Source: a virus. Taken from it: 34,041 nt of DNA. The notes under the pieces are model-generated. The model was not told the DNA's origin, did no database searches, and was given only the letters and a program-made list of their open reading frames with translations. The stretch covers positions 1-34,041 of the IMG/VR virus record IMGVR_UViG_3300045391_001644; one strand, written 5' to 3'. The first letter of the stretch is position 1. Each line of letters opens with the position of its first letter. This document shows positions 13,990-22,650 of this stretch, piece after piece. The position numbers and the translations under genes are program-made.

Positions 13990-15567
13990 ATGCCGCAGCT
14001 GCAACCCAGAGAATTAAAAAAACGTTCCGATGCAGCTTGGTTGCTGCGCGATCAATGGCGTACGATCCTCATCGATGCCTATGAAATGGCGATGGCCGGC
14101 CGCAATCCATATTCGGGAAACGACAAGGCCCCACGGCCGATGGATCGCCAATTCGACAGCACTGCTCCGATTTCGACGATCAAATTGGCGAACCGCATCC
14201 TGATGGATTTAACGCCGCCGGATCAGAACTGGATCGACGTCAAGCCCGGTCCCTTGCTGGAGCTTCAGTACAGCAAAGAAGATTTAGAGCAGCTGCGGCC
14301 AAAGCTCGATGGCGTTGCAAAAATCGGCAACATGGTCATCAACAGCGGCAATGCCGTGAATGTACGCTACGAAGCATTTATCGATATGCTGGTCGGCGGT
14401 ATGGGTGTCGCGCTTGCACTCGAAGATGCAACGGATGATCTGGAGCCGATCATCGAACAAGCTGTCAGCCAGGCCGAGGTCGCAATCGATGAAAACGCCA
14501 AAGGCCGCATCTCGGGTATTTTCCGCAGAAGAAAAATAAAGCTGAACAAGATCACGGAGATTTGGGATGATGCAAAAATCCCGGAGAATTTAACTAACCA
14601 AAAAGGAAAAGATAAAGACCCTGAAATCGAGGTGCTGGAGACAACCTACGAAGGCGGCGCAAAAAGCAATGTCGCTTGGTATTACGATGTCCTGATCTGT
14701 CAAAACGATGCCGAGCCTGTGCGTATCGTCGAGCGAACCTATGAGATTTGTCCCTGGACAATCTGGCGCTGGATGAAACTGCCGGGCATTCCGTACGGTC
14801 CCGGCCCTGTCATCCTCGCGCTCGCCGATATCCGCACCGCCAATAAAATCATGGAAATGATTTTGAAGAATGCGTCGCTGGCTCTCGCTGGTATGTATCT
14901 CGCCCGCGACGACGGTGTTTTAAATCCCGACAATGTCTTGATAACGCCGGGCGGGATCATCCCCGTTCAGGCAACGGGCGGATCGCTCGGGGCGTCGCTG
15001 GCGCCATTGGGCACCAACCGTGAATTCGATGTCGGGCAAATCATGCTCGATAAAATGCAGACAACGATTAAAAAGCATTTATTCGATAATTCTTTGCCGC
15101 CGGATCGCGCGACGCCGGCAAGCGCAACGGAAATAATTCAGCGCGTGAAAGAGTTGACCTCCGATATCGGTGGCGGCACCGGCCGTCTGCAGGCCGACAC
15201 GACGCAGTATGTTCGCCGGCGACTGGAAATCCTGGCTAAGCGCGGTCTTATACCGAATTTAAAAATCGACCAGTTTACGCTGAAGGTGCAAATCAACGCT
15301 CCTCTCGCGCGTGCTGCGCAGCATGCTGAAATCGAAACCGTTATCCAATGGTATCAACTCTGCATTTCCCTGGGCGGACCCCAGGCGGCAATGCTCGTCG
15401 GTAAAATTGAAGCAATTCTGATGTGGGCGGCCGAGAAGATGGGCGTTCCTAACGAACTGTTGCGGACGAAATCCGAACAGGCCGAGCTGCAGAAGAATGT
15501 CGCCACAATCGTGGCGGCGCAACAAAGCCAGCAAGCCACGGCGTCAATGCCGGCGCAGGCGGCTTAA
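13990..15567 (+). CDS. Portal (head-tail connector) protein, T7 gp8-like size and position
   Basis: 525 aa, lying between terminase and scaffold. The N-terminus RSDAAWLLRDQWRTILIDAYEMAMAGRNPY resembles podoviral connector proteins. Confidence 0.8.
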   Translation: MPQLQPRELKKRSDAAWLLRDQWRTILIDAYEMAMAGRNPYSGNDKAPRPMDRQFDSTAPISTIKLANRILMDLTPPDQNWIDVKPGPLLELQYSKEDLEQLRPKLDGVAKIGNMVINSGNAVNVRYEAFIDMLVGGMGVALALEDATDDLEPIIEQAVSQAEVAIDENAKGRISGIFRRRKIKLNKITEIWDDAKIPENLTNQKGKDKDPEIEVLETTYEGGAKSNVAWYYDVLICQNDAEPVRIVERTYEICPWTIWRWMKLPGIPYGPGPVILALADIRTANKIMEMILKNASLALAGMYLARDDGVLNPDNVLITPGGIIPVQATGGSLGASLAPLGTNREFDVGQIMLDKMQTTIKKHLFDNSLPPDRATPASATEIIQRVKELTSDIGGGTGRLQADTTQYVRRRLEILAKRGLIPNLKIDQFTLKVQINAPLARAAQHAEIETVIQWYQLCISLGGPQAAMLVGKIEAILMWAAEKMGVPNELLRTKSEQAELQKNVATIVAAQQSQQATASMPAQAA

Positions 15568-15591
15568 TACAACCAAACGAGGAGAAAAACT

Positions 15592-15990
15592 ATGAATACA
15601 GGTCAAAATACTGATGCCGGATTTTTGCCGGCACATCCTGCTATGGATGACATCATGAAGCGCATCGGTGGTCCTGGATGGGAGGCTTTAAACAAAACGC
15701 CCGCCGGCGCCGACATGGAAACGGCACGTGCAAAGGCGAAGCAAGATTTGCTGCGGAGTTATGCGCAGCTGGCCGCGCATCCGGGTGGCGCCAAGGTGCT
15801 GGAGGATATTCTCGATCAGACCCTGCGCCGTTCGCCATATAAACCCGGCAGCACTCTCACGCTCGAACAGCAAACGGCCTACGGCCTGGAGCGCATGGGG
15901 CAGAACGGCCTGGCAACCTACATCCTGAAAATGATCCATGACGGCCAAAACTTGCCGCCCGCGGGATCTAAAAAGCGCGGAAAAAAGTAA
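15592..15990 (+). CDS. Hypothetical head-module protein
   Basis: 132-aa ORF with a GAGGAG RBS. Confidence 0.6.
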   Translation: MNTGQNTDAGFLPAHPAMDDIMKRIGGPGWEALNKTPAGADMETARAKAKQDLLRSYAQLAAHPGGAKVLEDILDQTLRRSPYKPGSTLTLEQQTAYGLERMGQNGLATYILKMIHDGQNLPPAGSKKRGKK

Positions 15991-16018
15991 TCAATCTCAA
16001 CCCTAACTGGAGGCTAAA

Positions 16019-16894
16019 ATGAGTGACCAACCTAAAAAAACTGCTGGCGAAAAACCCGGCGATAAACCAGCTGGAGGCGATGGACTTGATCCGAACGCTC
16101 AAGGCAAAAAACCAGATGCCGCCGCCGACGGCGGAAATCCTGGCGGTGACGATCAGAAGCCAAGCATCTACAGGCCAAAAGATATGCCGGATCATTTCCT
16201 GGGTGCCAACGATCAGGAAACCATCGACCGTTTGAACAAAGCCTATATGGGCGCGCGTTCTGAATTGGCCGGCAAAAACGGCGTCCCTGAAAAGTTGGAT
16301 GATTATAAAATCGAACTGCCTGAAGAAATCGCTTCGGTTGCGTTAAAGCCGGGCGAAGACGGAAAGGATGCGATTTTCGAGGGCATGCGCGGCACATTTC
16401 ACCAGCTCGGGATTGCGCCTGAAAAAGCTCAAACGCTGGCGGTTGAGTTTTACAAGCACGTCGCGGCAGCAGTGGCGGCCGGGAAGCCTCCAGGTGACGG
16501 CGACGGCGGCGAAGAACCGTCGGCGGACTTTGAATACAAAGCCCTTGGCGGTGCCGATAAGGCCAAGCCTGTCGTCGATGCCACCAATACATTCCTCAAA
16601 GGTCTGCAGGGCAGCGGAAAAATCAGCGAAGCAACCATGAAAGAGTTGCAGCTGCTGACGTTCCATAGCGACGGCCTGCAAGCTTTGAATGAATTGCGGC
16701 CGCTGATGGGCGAAAAACCCATCCCGTTCAACCTGGAAGGCGGCAGCGGTGAAGGTAAAATCACTGAAGCCATGCTTAATGACCGTGTTGCCGACCCTCG
16801 TTATCGCCGCGGAGGAAAGCAATTCAGCCAGGAATTCTACGATAAAACCACGGAAATGTTTGCTGAGCTTTATGGAACTAACGGGGCTGGTTGA
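16019..16894 (+). CDS. Scaffolding protein (by position and composition)
   Basis: 291 aa, acidic and Gly/Pro/Asp/Lys-rich, lying directly between the portal and the major capsid gene. Confidence 0.65.
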   Translation: MSDQPKKTAGEKPGDKPAGGDGLDPNAQGKKPDAAADGGNPGGDDQKPSIYRPKDMPDHFLGANDQETIDRLNKAYMGARSELAGKNGVPEKLDDYKIELPEEIASVALKPGEDGKDAIFEGMRGTFHQLGIAPEKAQTLAVEFYKHVAAAVAAGKPPGDGDGGEEPSADFEYKALGGADKAKPVVDATNTFLKGLQGSGKISEATMKELQLLTFHSDGLQALNELRPLMGEKPIPFNLEGGSGEGKITEAMLNDRVADPRYRRGGKQFSQEFYDKTTEMFAELYGTNGAG

Positions 16895-17181
16895 CACAAA
16901 GAATTTGCCGTGTTCGCATTGATGGTGGGGGAACATTTGCTTAAAGGCAATCGCCGTTCCCCCACCATTCCGCCCTCCAGCCATTAAAGCTGGACCGGAC
17001 AGTTTGAAAGGGTCTGAAAACCTTTCCGCTACCAGGGCGGCGTCACGTCCAGGGACAGACCCGCGCTATGCCGCACTCGGGTCTTCCGCCTTAAACGGTG
17101 GGAAGATGCAGACCGGCTCCAAGCAAGGCACTCGGCCCGACATAAGCAGTCAAAACCGAAACCCTAACATGGAGCTTCATC
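16895..17181 (+). promoter_or_regulatory. 287-nt structured non-coding leader upstream of the major capsid gene (candidate cis-regulatory RNA or processing site)
   Basis: 13-bp perfect stem 16922-16934/16956-16968 with an inner 4-bp stem. Further hairpins at 17006-17011/17021-17026 and 17058-17063/17078-17083. GGGTCTG (17010-17016) is complementary to both CAGACCC (17056-17062) and CAGACC (17109-17114). No credible ORF. Confidence 0.45.
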
Positions 17182-18015
17182 ATGAGCACTTCCATCGATA
17201 ATGCGTTTATCAAGCAGTATGAACGCGAAGTACACGTCGCCTATCAACGTCAAGGTTCCAAGCTACGGAACACCGTCCGCACGAAAAACAATATCGTCGG
17301 CGAGTCCACAACCTTCCAGAAAGTTGGCAAGGGAACCGCAGCTCAGAAAACACGAAACGGCCAAGTGCCGCAAATGAACGTCAACCACACTCCGGTTGAA
17401 TGCCTCCTCGCCGATTACTACGCCGGCGAGATGGTCGATAAGCTCGACGAGCTGAAAACAAACATCGATGAAAAAGAAGTTCTGTCCAACGCCGGCGCCT
17501 ACGCGCTCGGCCGCAAGACCGATGAACTCATCATCAATGCCTTGGCTACCACGACAAAATTCGTCGGAAACTATTCGACCGGCCTCACGCTTCCTTTGCT
17601 GTCGCAAGCAATCGAAATGCTGAACGATGCCGATGTGCCTGACGACGGTCAACGTTTCGGGGTTCTTTCCAGTCATGCATGGGAAGAATTCAAAAACATT
17701 GTCGAAGTCGGCAGCGGAGATTACACGGGCGATCTATACCCGTGGCTGCAGGGCCAGCAGGCTTTCAAATGGAACGGCGTCATGTTCATGCCGCATTCCG
17801 GCCTTCCCCTCGCCAGCACCGATGACCGCGACTGCTACATCTACCACAAAACTGCAGTCGGTCACGCATCCGGTTCGGACGTGAAAACGGACATCACCTG
17901 GCAAGGTATGTATGCGGCGCATTTCATCAACAACATGATGAGCCAAGGTGCTTGCCTGATCGACACGATCGGGGCGGTCGAAATCCGCGTAGATGACGAC
18001 ACTGCTCTGACCTAA
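17182..18015 (+). CDS. Major capsid protein
   Basis: 277 aa with a GGAG RBS. It follows the scaffold gene and is followed by a strong intrinsic terminator, as for T7 gene 10. Confidence 0.75.
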   Translation: MSTSIDNAFIKQYEREVHVAYQRQGSKLRNTVRTKNNIVGESTTFQKVGKGTAAQKTRNGQVPQMNVNHTPVECLLADYYAGEMVDKLDELKTNIDEKEVLSNAGAYALGRKTDELIINALATTTKFVGNYSTGLTLPLLSQAIEMLNDADVPDDGQRFGVLSSHAWEEFKNIVEVGSGDYTGDLYPWLQGQQAFKWNGVMFMPHSGLPLASTDDRDCYIYHKTAVGHASGSDVKTDITWQGMYAAHFINNMMSQGACLIDTIGAVEIRVDDDTALT

Positions 18016-18024
18016 CCGATTTCG

Positions 18025-18056
18025 GAGCGCCCCTGACCGGGCGCTTCATTCTTTTT
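18025..18056 (+). terminator. Intrinsic terminator after the capsid gene
   Basis: AGCGCCC (18026-18032) pairs with GGGCGCT (18039-18045) around a 6-nt loop, followed by TCATTCTTTTT. Confidence 0.7.
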
Positions 18057-18104
18057 GAATTCTGATCAAATTTTTTTATTCAACTCCAACAAGGAAGGTT
18101 ACAA

Positions 18105-18572
18105 ATGTCTTACGATAAAAACGCCCTTCGCCTGTTCCACAACGCCGCAGCTGCGGCCGATGGACTGACGGTGAAGCGCTTCTACACCTACGTCACCAAC
18201 GACCTGCAATCCGCTGTCGAAGCCAACGCCTATTTCGACGGCGCTCTCGACAACGGCCTGAATGCCGGCGACGTGATTTTTGCGATCATGGATGATGACG
18301 GAACGCCGCTGTTCAAAGCGTACTTCATTACGGCCGGCGGCGCCGACGTTGCTATCCGTGGCACGGGTCCCGCCATTTCCGCGCTGACCTTTAACCTGGT
18401 CTCCGGCACGGCAAACAACGCGCTCGAAGCCCTGGCTAACCCCACAGACAGCCCGGCGACGGCCGATGCGTTGCGCGATGACCTTGTCGCCAACCTGCTG
18501 CCGGCGCTGCGCAATAACTTCGCCGATCTTGCCTCCAAGGTCGAGGAGCTTCGCGCAGCTGTTGCTGTTTAA
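18105..18572 (+). CDS. Hypothetical virion protein (possible head decoration or fibre)
   Basis: 155-aa ORF with an AAGGAAGG RBS, lying between the capsid and adaptor genes. Confidence 0.6.
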   Translation: MSYDKNALRLFHNAAAAADGLTVKRFYTYVTNDLQSAVEANAYFDGALDNGLNAGDVIFAIMDDDGTPLFKAYFITAGGADVAIRGTGPAISALTFNLVSGTANNALEALANPTDSPATADALRDDLVANLLPALRNNFADLASKVEELRAAVAV

Positions 18573-18579
18573 TCCGGTT

Positions 18580-18636
18580 CCTACGGCGGGTTCTGTTGGC
18601 GTTCCGCGCGCTCAGCCCGCCGTAGGTCTTTCAATT
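18580..18636 (+). terminator. Long hairpin, possible terminator or attenuator
   Basis: 11-bp perfect stem: CCTACGGCGGG (18580-18590) with CCCGCCGTAGG (18616-18626), 25-nt loop, followed by TCTTTCAATTTC. Confidence 0.4.
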
Positions 18637-18659
18637 TCTGCGTCACCTGGGGAGGCTCG

Positions 18660-19286
18660 ATGTCGGTTAATGATTACGATGAAGTAAAAATCTGCACCGC
18701 CGCCTTGACCCTGATCGGCGAGGACCCGATCGATACGATTACCGATCCCGAAACCGATGTCGAGGCCACCTGCGCCACCCTACTCCCGCTTGTCATCGCC
18801 ACGCTGCTTTCCAAGCATGAATGGAATTTCGCCAACCCAATCCGGGAGCTTGCGGTCAATGCCGACGAGCCTGGGAAATTCGGCTACACATACGCCCATC
18901 GTCTGCCGTCCGACCTCATCGCGGGGCCTTTCGCTGTTTACGGGAATAACAACACACGTCGTCCGACGCAGAATTACGAGAACGCCAACGATCACATTTA
19001 CAGCGATTTTGAAATCATCCATGCCCGCTATCGGATAAAGCCGGCCATCACGATCATGCCGATTTATTTCATTGATCTGATCGTGACCGTTCTCGGAATG
19101 CGATTGGCAAAGCCGGTCGCTGACAATACCGACCTAGCGACAGAACTGCGCATCCTTGCATTCGGTCCAGCCGAGCTGGATGGGAAGGGCGGTATGTTCG
19201 CCGATGCTAAAAACATCGATGCGAAATCACAGCCTATCCGCAGCATGTTTGCAAACGGCGACCCACTTTCGGCAACGAGGTATTGA
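18660..19286 (+). CDS. Tail adaptor / tail tubular protein A (T7 gp11-like)
   Basis: 208 aa. The N-terminus ICTAALTLIGEDPIDTITDPETDVEATCATLLPLVIATLLSKHEWNFA follows the gp11-family pattern (..aL..lGe.pI.s......a..c...y......lL..h.WnFA). Confidence 0.7.
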   Translation: MSVNDYDEVKICTAALTLIGEDPIDTITDPETDVEATCATLLPLVIATLLSKHEWNFANPIRELAVNADEPGKFGYTYAHRLPSDLIAGPFAVYGNNNTRRPTQNYENANDHIYSDFEIIHARYRIKPAITIMPIYFIDLIVTVLGMRLAKPVADNTDLATELRILAFGPAELDGKGGMFADAKNIDAKSQPIRSMFANGDPLSATRY

Positions 19287-21997
19287 TGGGAACGCTGAAA
19301 GTCCTGCAGACAAATTTCACAAGCGGCGTCCTCGATCCGAAACTCGCCGCGCGCGAGGATATTACGTTTTACTATAACGGCCTGAAGGACGGTCTGAATT
19401 TAACCGTCATGCCGCAGGGCGGCGTCAAAGGCCGGCCGGGCCTTCAATTCGTCCGCAAGCTCAGCAAGCCACTATCAGCGATCGATCTCTCGGCCGTCAC
19501 GATCACGGCGCCAGAAGGGGGAACGCCGGCCAATGTGAAGGATGGGAATGCTGCCAGTTACCTGACCACTGCGAACAATCTTTCGACTACAAATCCTTTC
19601 GTGATTGCCCGCGTCGATTTCGGCAGCGCCCGCGCTATTTCGGCGATCGACATCATAAACATCAAGCTCTCGGCCGGAGCGCTCTCCGACGAGCTGCGCA
19701 TCCAGTACAGCAGCAATGACAGTTCTTGGAGCAATTACGGTTTCGCTTTCAATGTTGACGCCACCGATCGCAGCCGTCGCCGGCGCGATGCCGGCGGCGT
19801 TGTAACAGCCCGTTACTGGCGCCTGGTGCGCATCGGCGCCACCAGCCTGGCTTCGACGGTCTCCGTGGCCGAGTTGAAATTCTGGTCGGAAACGGCGGAC
19901 CTTTCAAACGTCCGTCTTGTGCCCTTCGCCTATTCCACCCAGGAGGCCTACATGATGGCTGTCACGGCCGGGAATATCGATATCTTCACCGGCGATACCT
20001 GGCAGGGCAGCATCGCCATCGATCATACAAGCGCGCAGCTCCCGACTATGAACTGGACGCAATCCCTCGACACGCTTTTGCTCTTTCACAAAGACGTTCG
20101 GCCGCCGCGGATATTCAGGCAGGGCGGCGACGATGAATTCGATTTCCGCGCGGCTCCGTTTGAAAACATCCCGCAATATGATTACGGCGCCGGCACCGGC
20201 GGCGTGAACGAAGTCCAGACATTGAATGATGGCGGCACGCTTGCGAGTGGCGATAAATTCACGGTTCTCCTGGAAGGTAAACGAACCGCGACGATCACCG
20301 CCGGCGCCAGCCGGGCGGCCTCTGCCACGGCTATCGAAAGCGCGCTTAATGCCCTGGTAAATGTCGGCAGCGGGATAACTGTCGCTGATGCATCAGGCAA
20401 CGGCTTTGCCGTGACGTTCGCCGGCAATGTCGGCCTGCAGCCCTGGGATGATATGACGGTTTCGGTTCTCACGGGCAATTCCGTCTGGTCAACAAGCAAA
20501 ACCACTGAGGGAAAATTTCCCGGTGAAGATATCATGAGCAACGCCCGCGGCTGGCCGCGCGCCGGTCTTTTCCATCAAAGCCGCCTCGACCTGGGCGGCA
20601 TTGCCTCATTACCTGATGCCATCCTTTTCAGCGTGGTCAGTGAGTATTTTAATTTCGATACAGAGCGCGATGATGCGACTAAAGCGCTCCTGTTCCGCGC
20701 GGAAACCGACCAAGTCGGCGCGATCTATAATATCGTTGCGGGCCGTCACCTATCATTGTTCACGAATGACGGCGAATTTTATTTCCCGAATGAAACGATC
20801 AGCGATGAAAGCGTCATTAAGCTGACCACGCGCTCGGGCAGTAAAGAAGGCCTGCGGGTGTTTGAGGTCGATGGGGCGCTGATCTTTTTCCAAGGCGTTA
20901 AAGACGATGTAAGCGATCGGGAGATTGCCACATCGGTGCGGGAATTTTTATTCGTCGATACAGAGCAATCCTACCAGGCGAACCTTGTCTCCAAGCTCTC
21001 CAGCCATTTGATTATAAACCCGGCCGATGCAGCATTGCGCAAAGCGCTTTCGACTGATGACGCTGACATCCTTCTGCAGATCAATGAAAACGGAACCGCC
21101 ACCGCTTACACATTATTGCGCGGCGACGCCGTGAATGCCTTCATGCCCCTGGCCACGCGGCCGGGCGACAAGCTCCTTGCCGTCGGCGTCGATAAAAAGC
21201 GCCACGTTTATTTCGCAACAGAGCGCACAATCGACGGCGAAACCGTCCGATATATCGAGCGCTTCAACGAAGATTTGCTTCTCGACTGCGGCGGCATCGT
21301 CACGATCGAATACGAAAATGTTTCGGCCGCAGATGCGGGGCAGGATGAATTCGAGTGGACGTTCAGCAATCCCGGCAGCGCCGATGCGATCGGCGTCCGG
21401 CTCAACGGCGGGCGTCTGGAGCCTGAAGATTACGACGTCGATCTCGGCACAAAAACCGTAACCTTGATTTCCGAGGTCGCCGATATGGTCCAAGAGGGCG
21501 ATATCATCCGCATCTCCAGCATGATCGACCAAATCGCAGGCCTCGATCATCTCGAAGGAGAAATGGTCAAAACTGTCATTGATGGAACCGAAGGCGAAGA
21601 ATTTGAAGTCATCGGCGGTGTTCTCGATCTCGGTGACTTTGCCGACACAGAAGTGCAATACGGATTTGATTATGAAGTCTCCGGTAAAATGATGCCGTTA
21701 CGCATCCCGGAAAGCGAAACATTATCCGGCGACAAAGTCCGCGTCGTAAAAGCCATTCTCCAGCTTTTTGAAACCGGCGGCATCGAAATCCGCGCTAACG
21801 GAAAAAGTTGGCAAGAAGTCTCTCTAATCCAGACCGATGATGAAATTCTCGATCGTAGCACTGCAGAGTTGCTTTTCACAGGTGAAAAGAAAATCGGCGG
21901 GCTGCGCGGCTTTTCGATCGGCGCGCCTTTTGAATTCCGCCGGCCGGGACCGACACAGTTCACGCTGCTCGGCATTACACGGGAGGTTTCTCTATGA
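19283..21997 (+). CDS. Tail nozzle / tail tubular protein B (T7 gp12-like) with inserted domains
   Basis: 904 aa, immediately after the gp11-like gene. Start FTSGVLDPKLAAREDITFYYNGL..RPGLQF, later RGWPRAGLFHQSRLDLGG. The insert at aa 66-202 ends with ARYWRLVRIG..VSVAELKFW, a discoidin/F5-8 type C-like signature. Confidence 0.75.
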   Translation: MMGTLKVLQTNFTSGVLDPKLAAREDITFYYNGLKDGLNLTVMPQGGVKGRPGLQFVRKLSKPLSAIDLSAVTITAPEGGTPANVKDGNAASYLTTANNLSTTNPFVIARVDFGSARAISAIDIINIKLSAGALSDELRIQYSSNDSSWSNYGFAFNVDATDRSRRRRDAGGVVTARYWRLVRIGATSLASTVSVAELKFWSETADLSNVRLVPFAYSTQEAYMMAVTAGNIDIFTGDTWQGSIAIDHTSAQLPTMNWTQSLDTLLLFHKDVRPPRIFRQGGDDEFDFRAAPFENIPQYDYGAGTGGVNEVQTLNDGGTLASGDKFTVLLEGKRTATITAGASRAASATAIESALNALVNVGSGITVADASGNGFAVTFAGNVGLQPWDDMTVSVLTGNSVWSTSKTTEGKFPGEDIMSNARGWPRAGLFHQSRLDLGGIASLPDAILFSVVSEYFNFDTERDDATKALLFRAETDQVGAIYNIVAGRHLSLFTNDGEFYFPNETISDESVIKLTTRSGSKEGLRVFEVDGALIFFQGVKDDVSDREIATSVREFLFVDTEQSYQANLVSKLSSHLIINPADAALRKALSTDDADILLQINENGTATAYTLLRGDAVNAFMPLATRPGDKLLAVGVDKKRHVYFATERTIDGETVRYIERFNEDLLLDCGGIVTIEYENVSAADAGQDEFEWTFSNPGSADAIGVRLNGGRLEPEDYDVDLGTKTVTLISEVADMVQEGDIIRISSMIDQIAGLDHLEGEMVKTVIDGTEGEEFEVIGGVLDLGDFADTEVQYGFDYEVSGKMMPLRIPESETLSGDKVRVVKAILQLFETGGIEIRANGKSWQEVSLIQTDDEILDRSTAELLFTGEKKIGGLRGFSIGAPFEFRRPGPTQFTLLGITREVSL

Positions 21998-22650
21998 CAG
22001 GTCTCACGAGCCAGCTCTCTGGCGTTTTGGTTGGCAATCCCGGCAAGGCCGGTCCTTTGCCGTCCGGCAAAACGCTCGACACCACAGAAGCCGGCGCCCC
22101 GACTAAAGGCGTTTTCGGTGCAGGCGGAAAAATCAGCCTCGACAGTTTCCTCGAAGGCGGCGGCGCTTTCAATCTCGGCAGCGCGGCCGCGACGTTGTTC
22201 GCATCCAACGAGGAAGCCGCAGCGGCGATGTCGCAGGCACAGCAACAATCGAAAGCCCTGGCTCTGCAATCCGAGCAGGATTTGCTCGACGCGAAGCAAG
22301 AGGAGCTGAGAGGCAAAGAAGATACCAACAGCGTGATGGACAATCTCATCCAGACAATCGCGGCGCAGCGCCTGGCCTTCTCCACAAATGGCGTCGATCC
22401 ATCTTTCGGGACGCCGATCAGCGTCGAAGCCTCAAGCCGGAAGCTGGCCAACCTGCAGCTCAGCAGTACGCGCGAGGATGCATTGATCCGTTCCCTCGCC
22501 CGCCGGCGCCAGTCTGCCGCGCGCATGGAGGAGTCGATCAACGTGCTGTCGATCGGAAAACAGAAAGCGCAGGGCGCGCGGGCAAAAGGTCTCGCCCAGG
22601 TCGGCGACACATTGGCGGAAGCGGCAATGAGGAGAAAAGAACGTGGCTAA
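21994..22650 (+). CDS. Internal virion protein (gp14-like by position)
   Basis: 218 aa, Ala/Gly/Ser-rich then coiled-coil-like. First of three genes between the nozzle and the fibre. Confidence 0.55.
   Translation: MTGLTSQLSGVLVGNPGKAGPLPSGKTLDTTEAGAPTKGVFGAGGKISLDSFLEGGGAFNLGSAAATLFASNEEAAAAMSQAQQQSKALALQSEQDLLDAKQEELRGKEDTNSVMDNLIQTIAAQRLAFSTNGVDPSFGTPISVEASSRKLANLQLSSTREDALIRSLARRRQSAARMEESINVLSIGKQKAQGARAKGLAQVGDTLAEAAMRRKERG

Noticed and set aside
16032-16984. Long antisense ORFs (186 and 213 aa) opposite the scaffold gene. Similar cases lie at 7186-7776, 9011-9676, 11962-12654, 21670-22610 and 27741-28340
   Set aside because: All lie opposite long, well-supported sense genes in GC-rich DNA. 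They have Arg/Ala/Pro-rich composition and no RBS, which is typical of shadow ORFs.
16895-17181. Known small ribozyme or riboswitch class (hammerhead, twister, HDV-like) or a group I intron
   Set aside because: I could not find the conserved cores (for example CUGAUGA...GAAA for hammerhead), and the region is too short for a group I intron. It is left as an unclassified structured leader.
17004-17201. 65-aa (+) ORF in the scaffold-capsid leader
   Set aside because: It has a TTG start, no RBS and Ser/Gly/Arg/Pro-rich composition, and it runs into the capsid start. The region is better explained as structured RNA.
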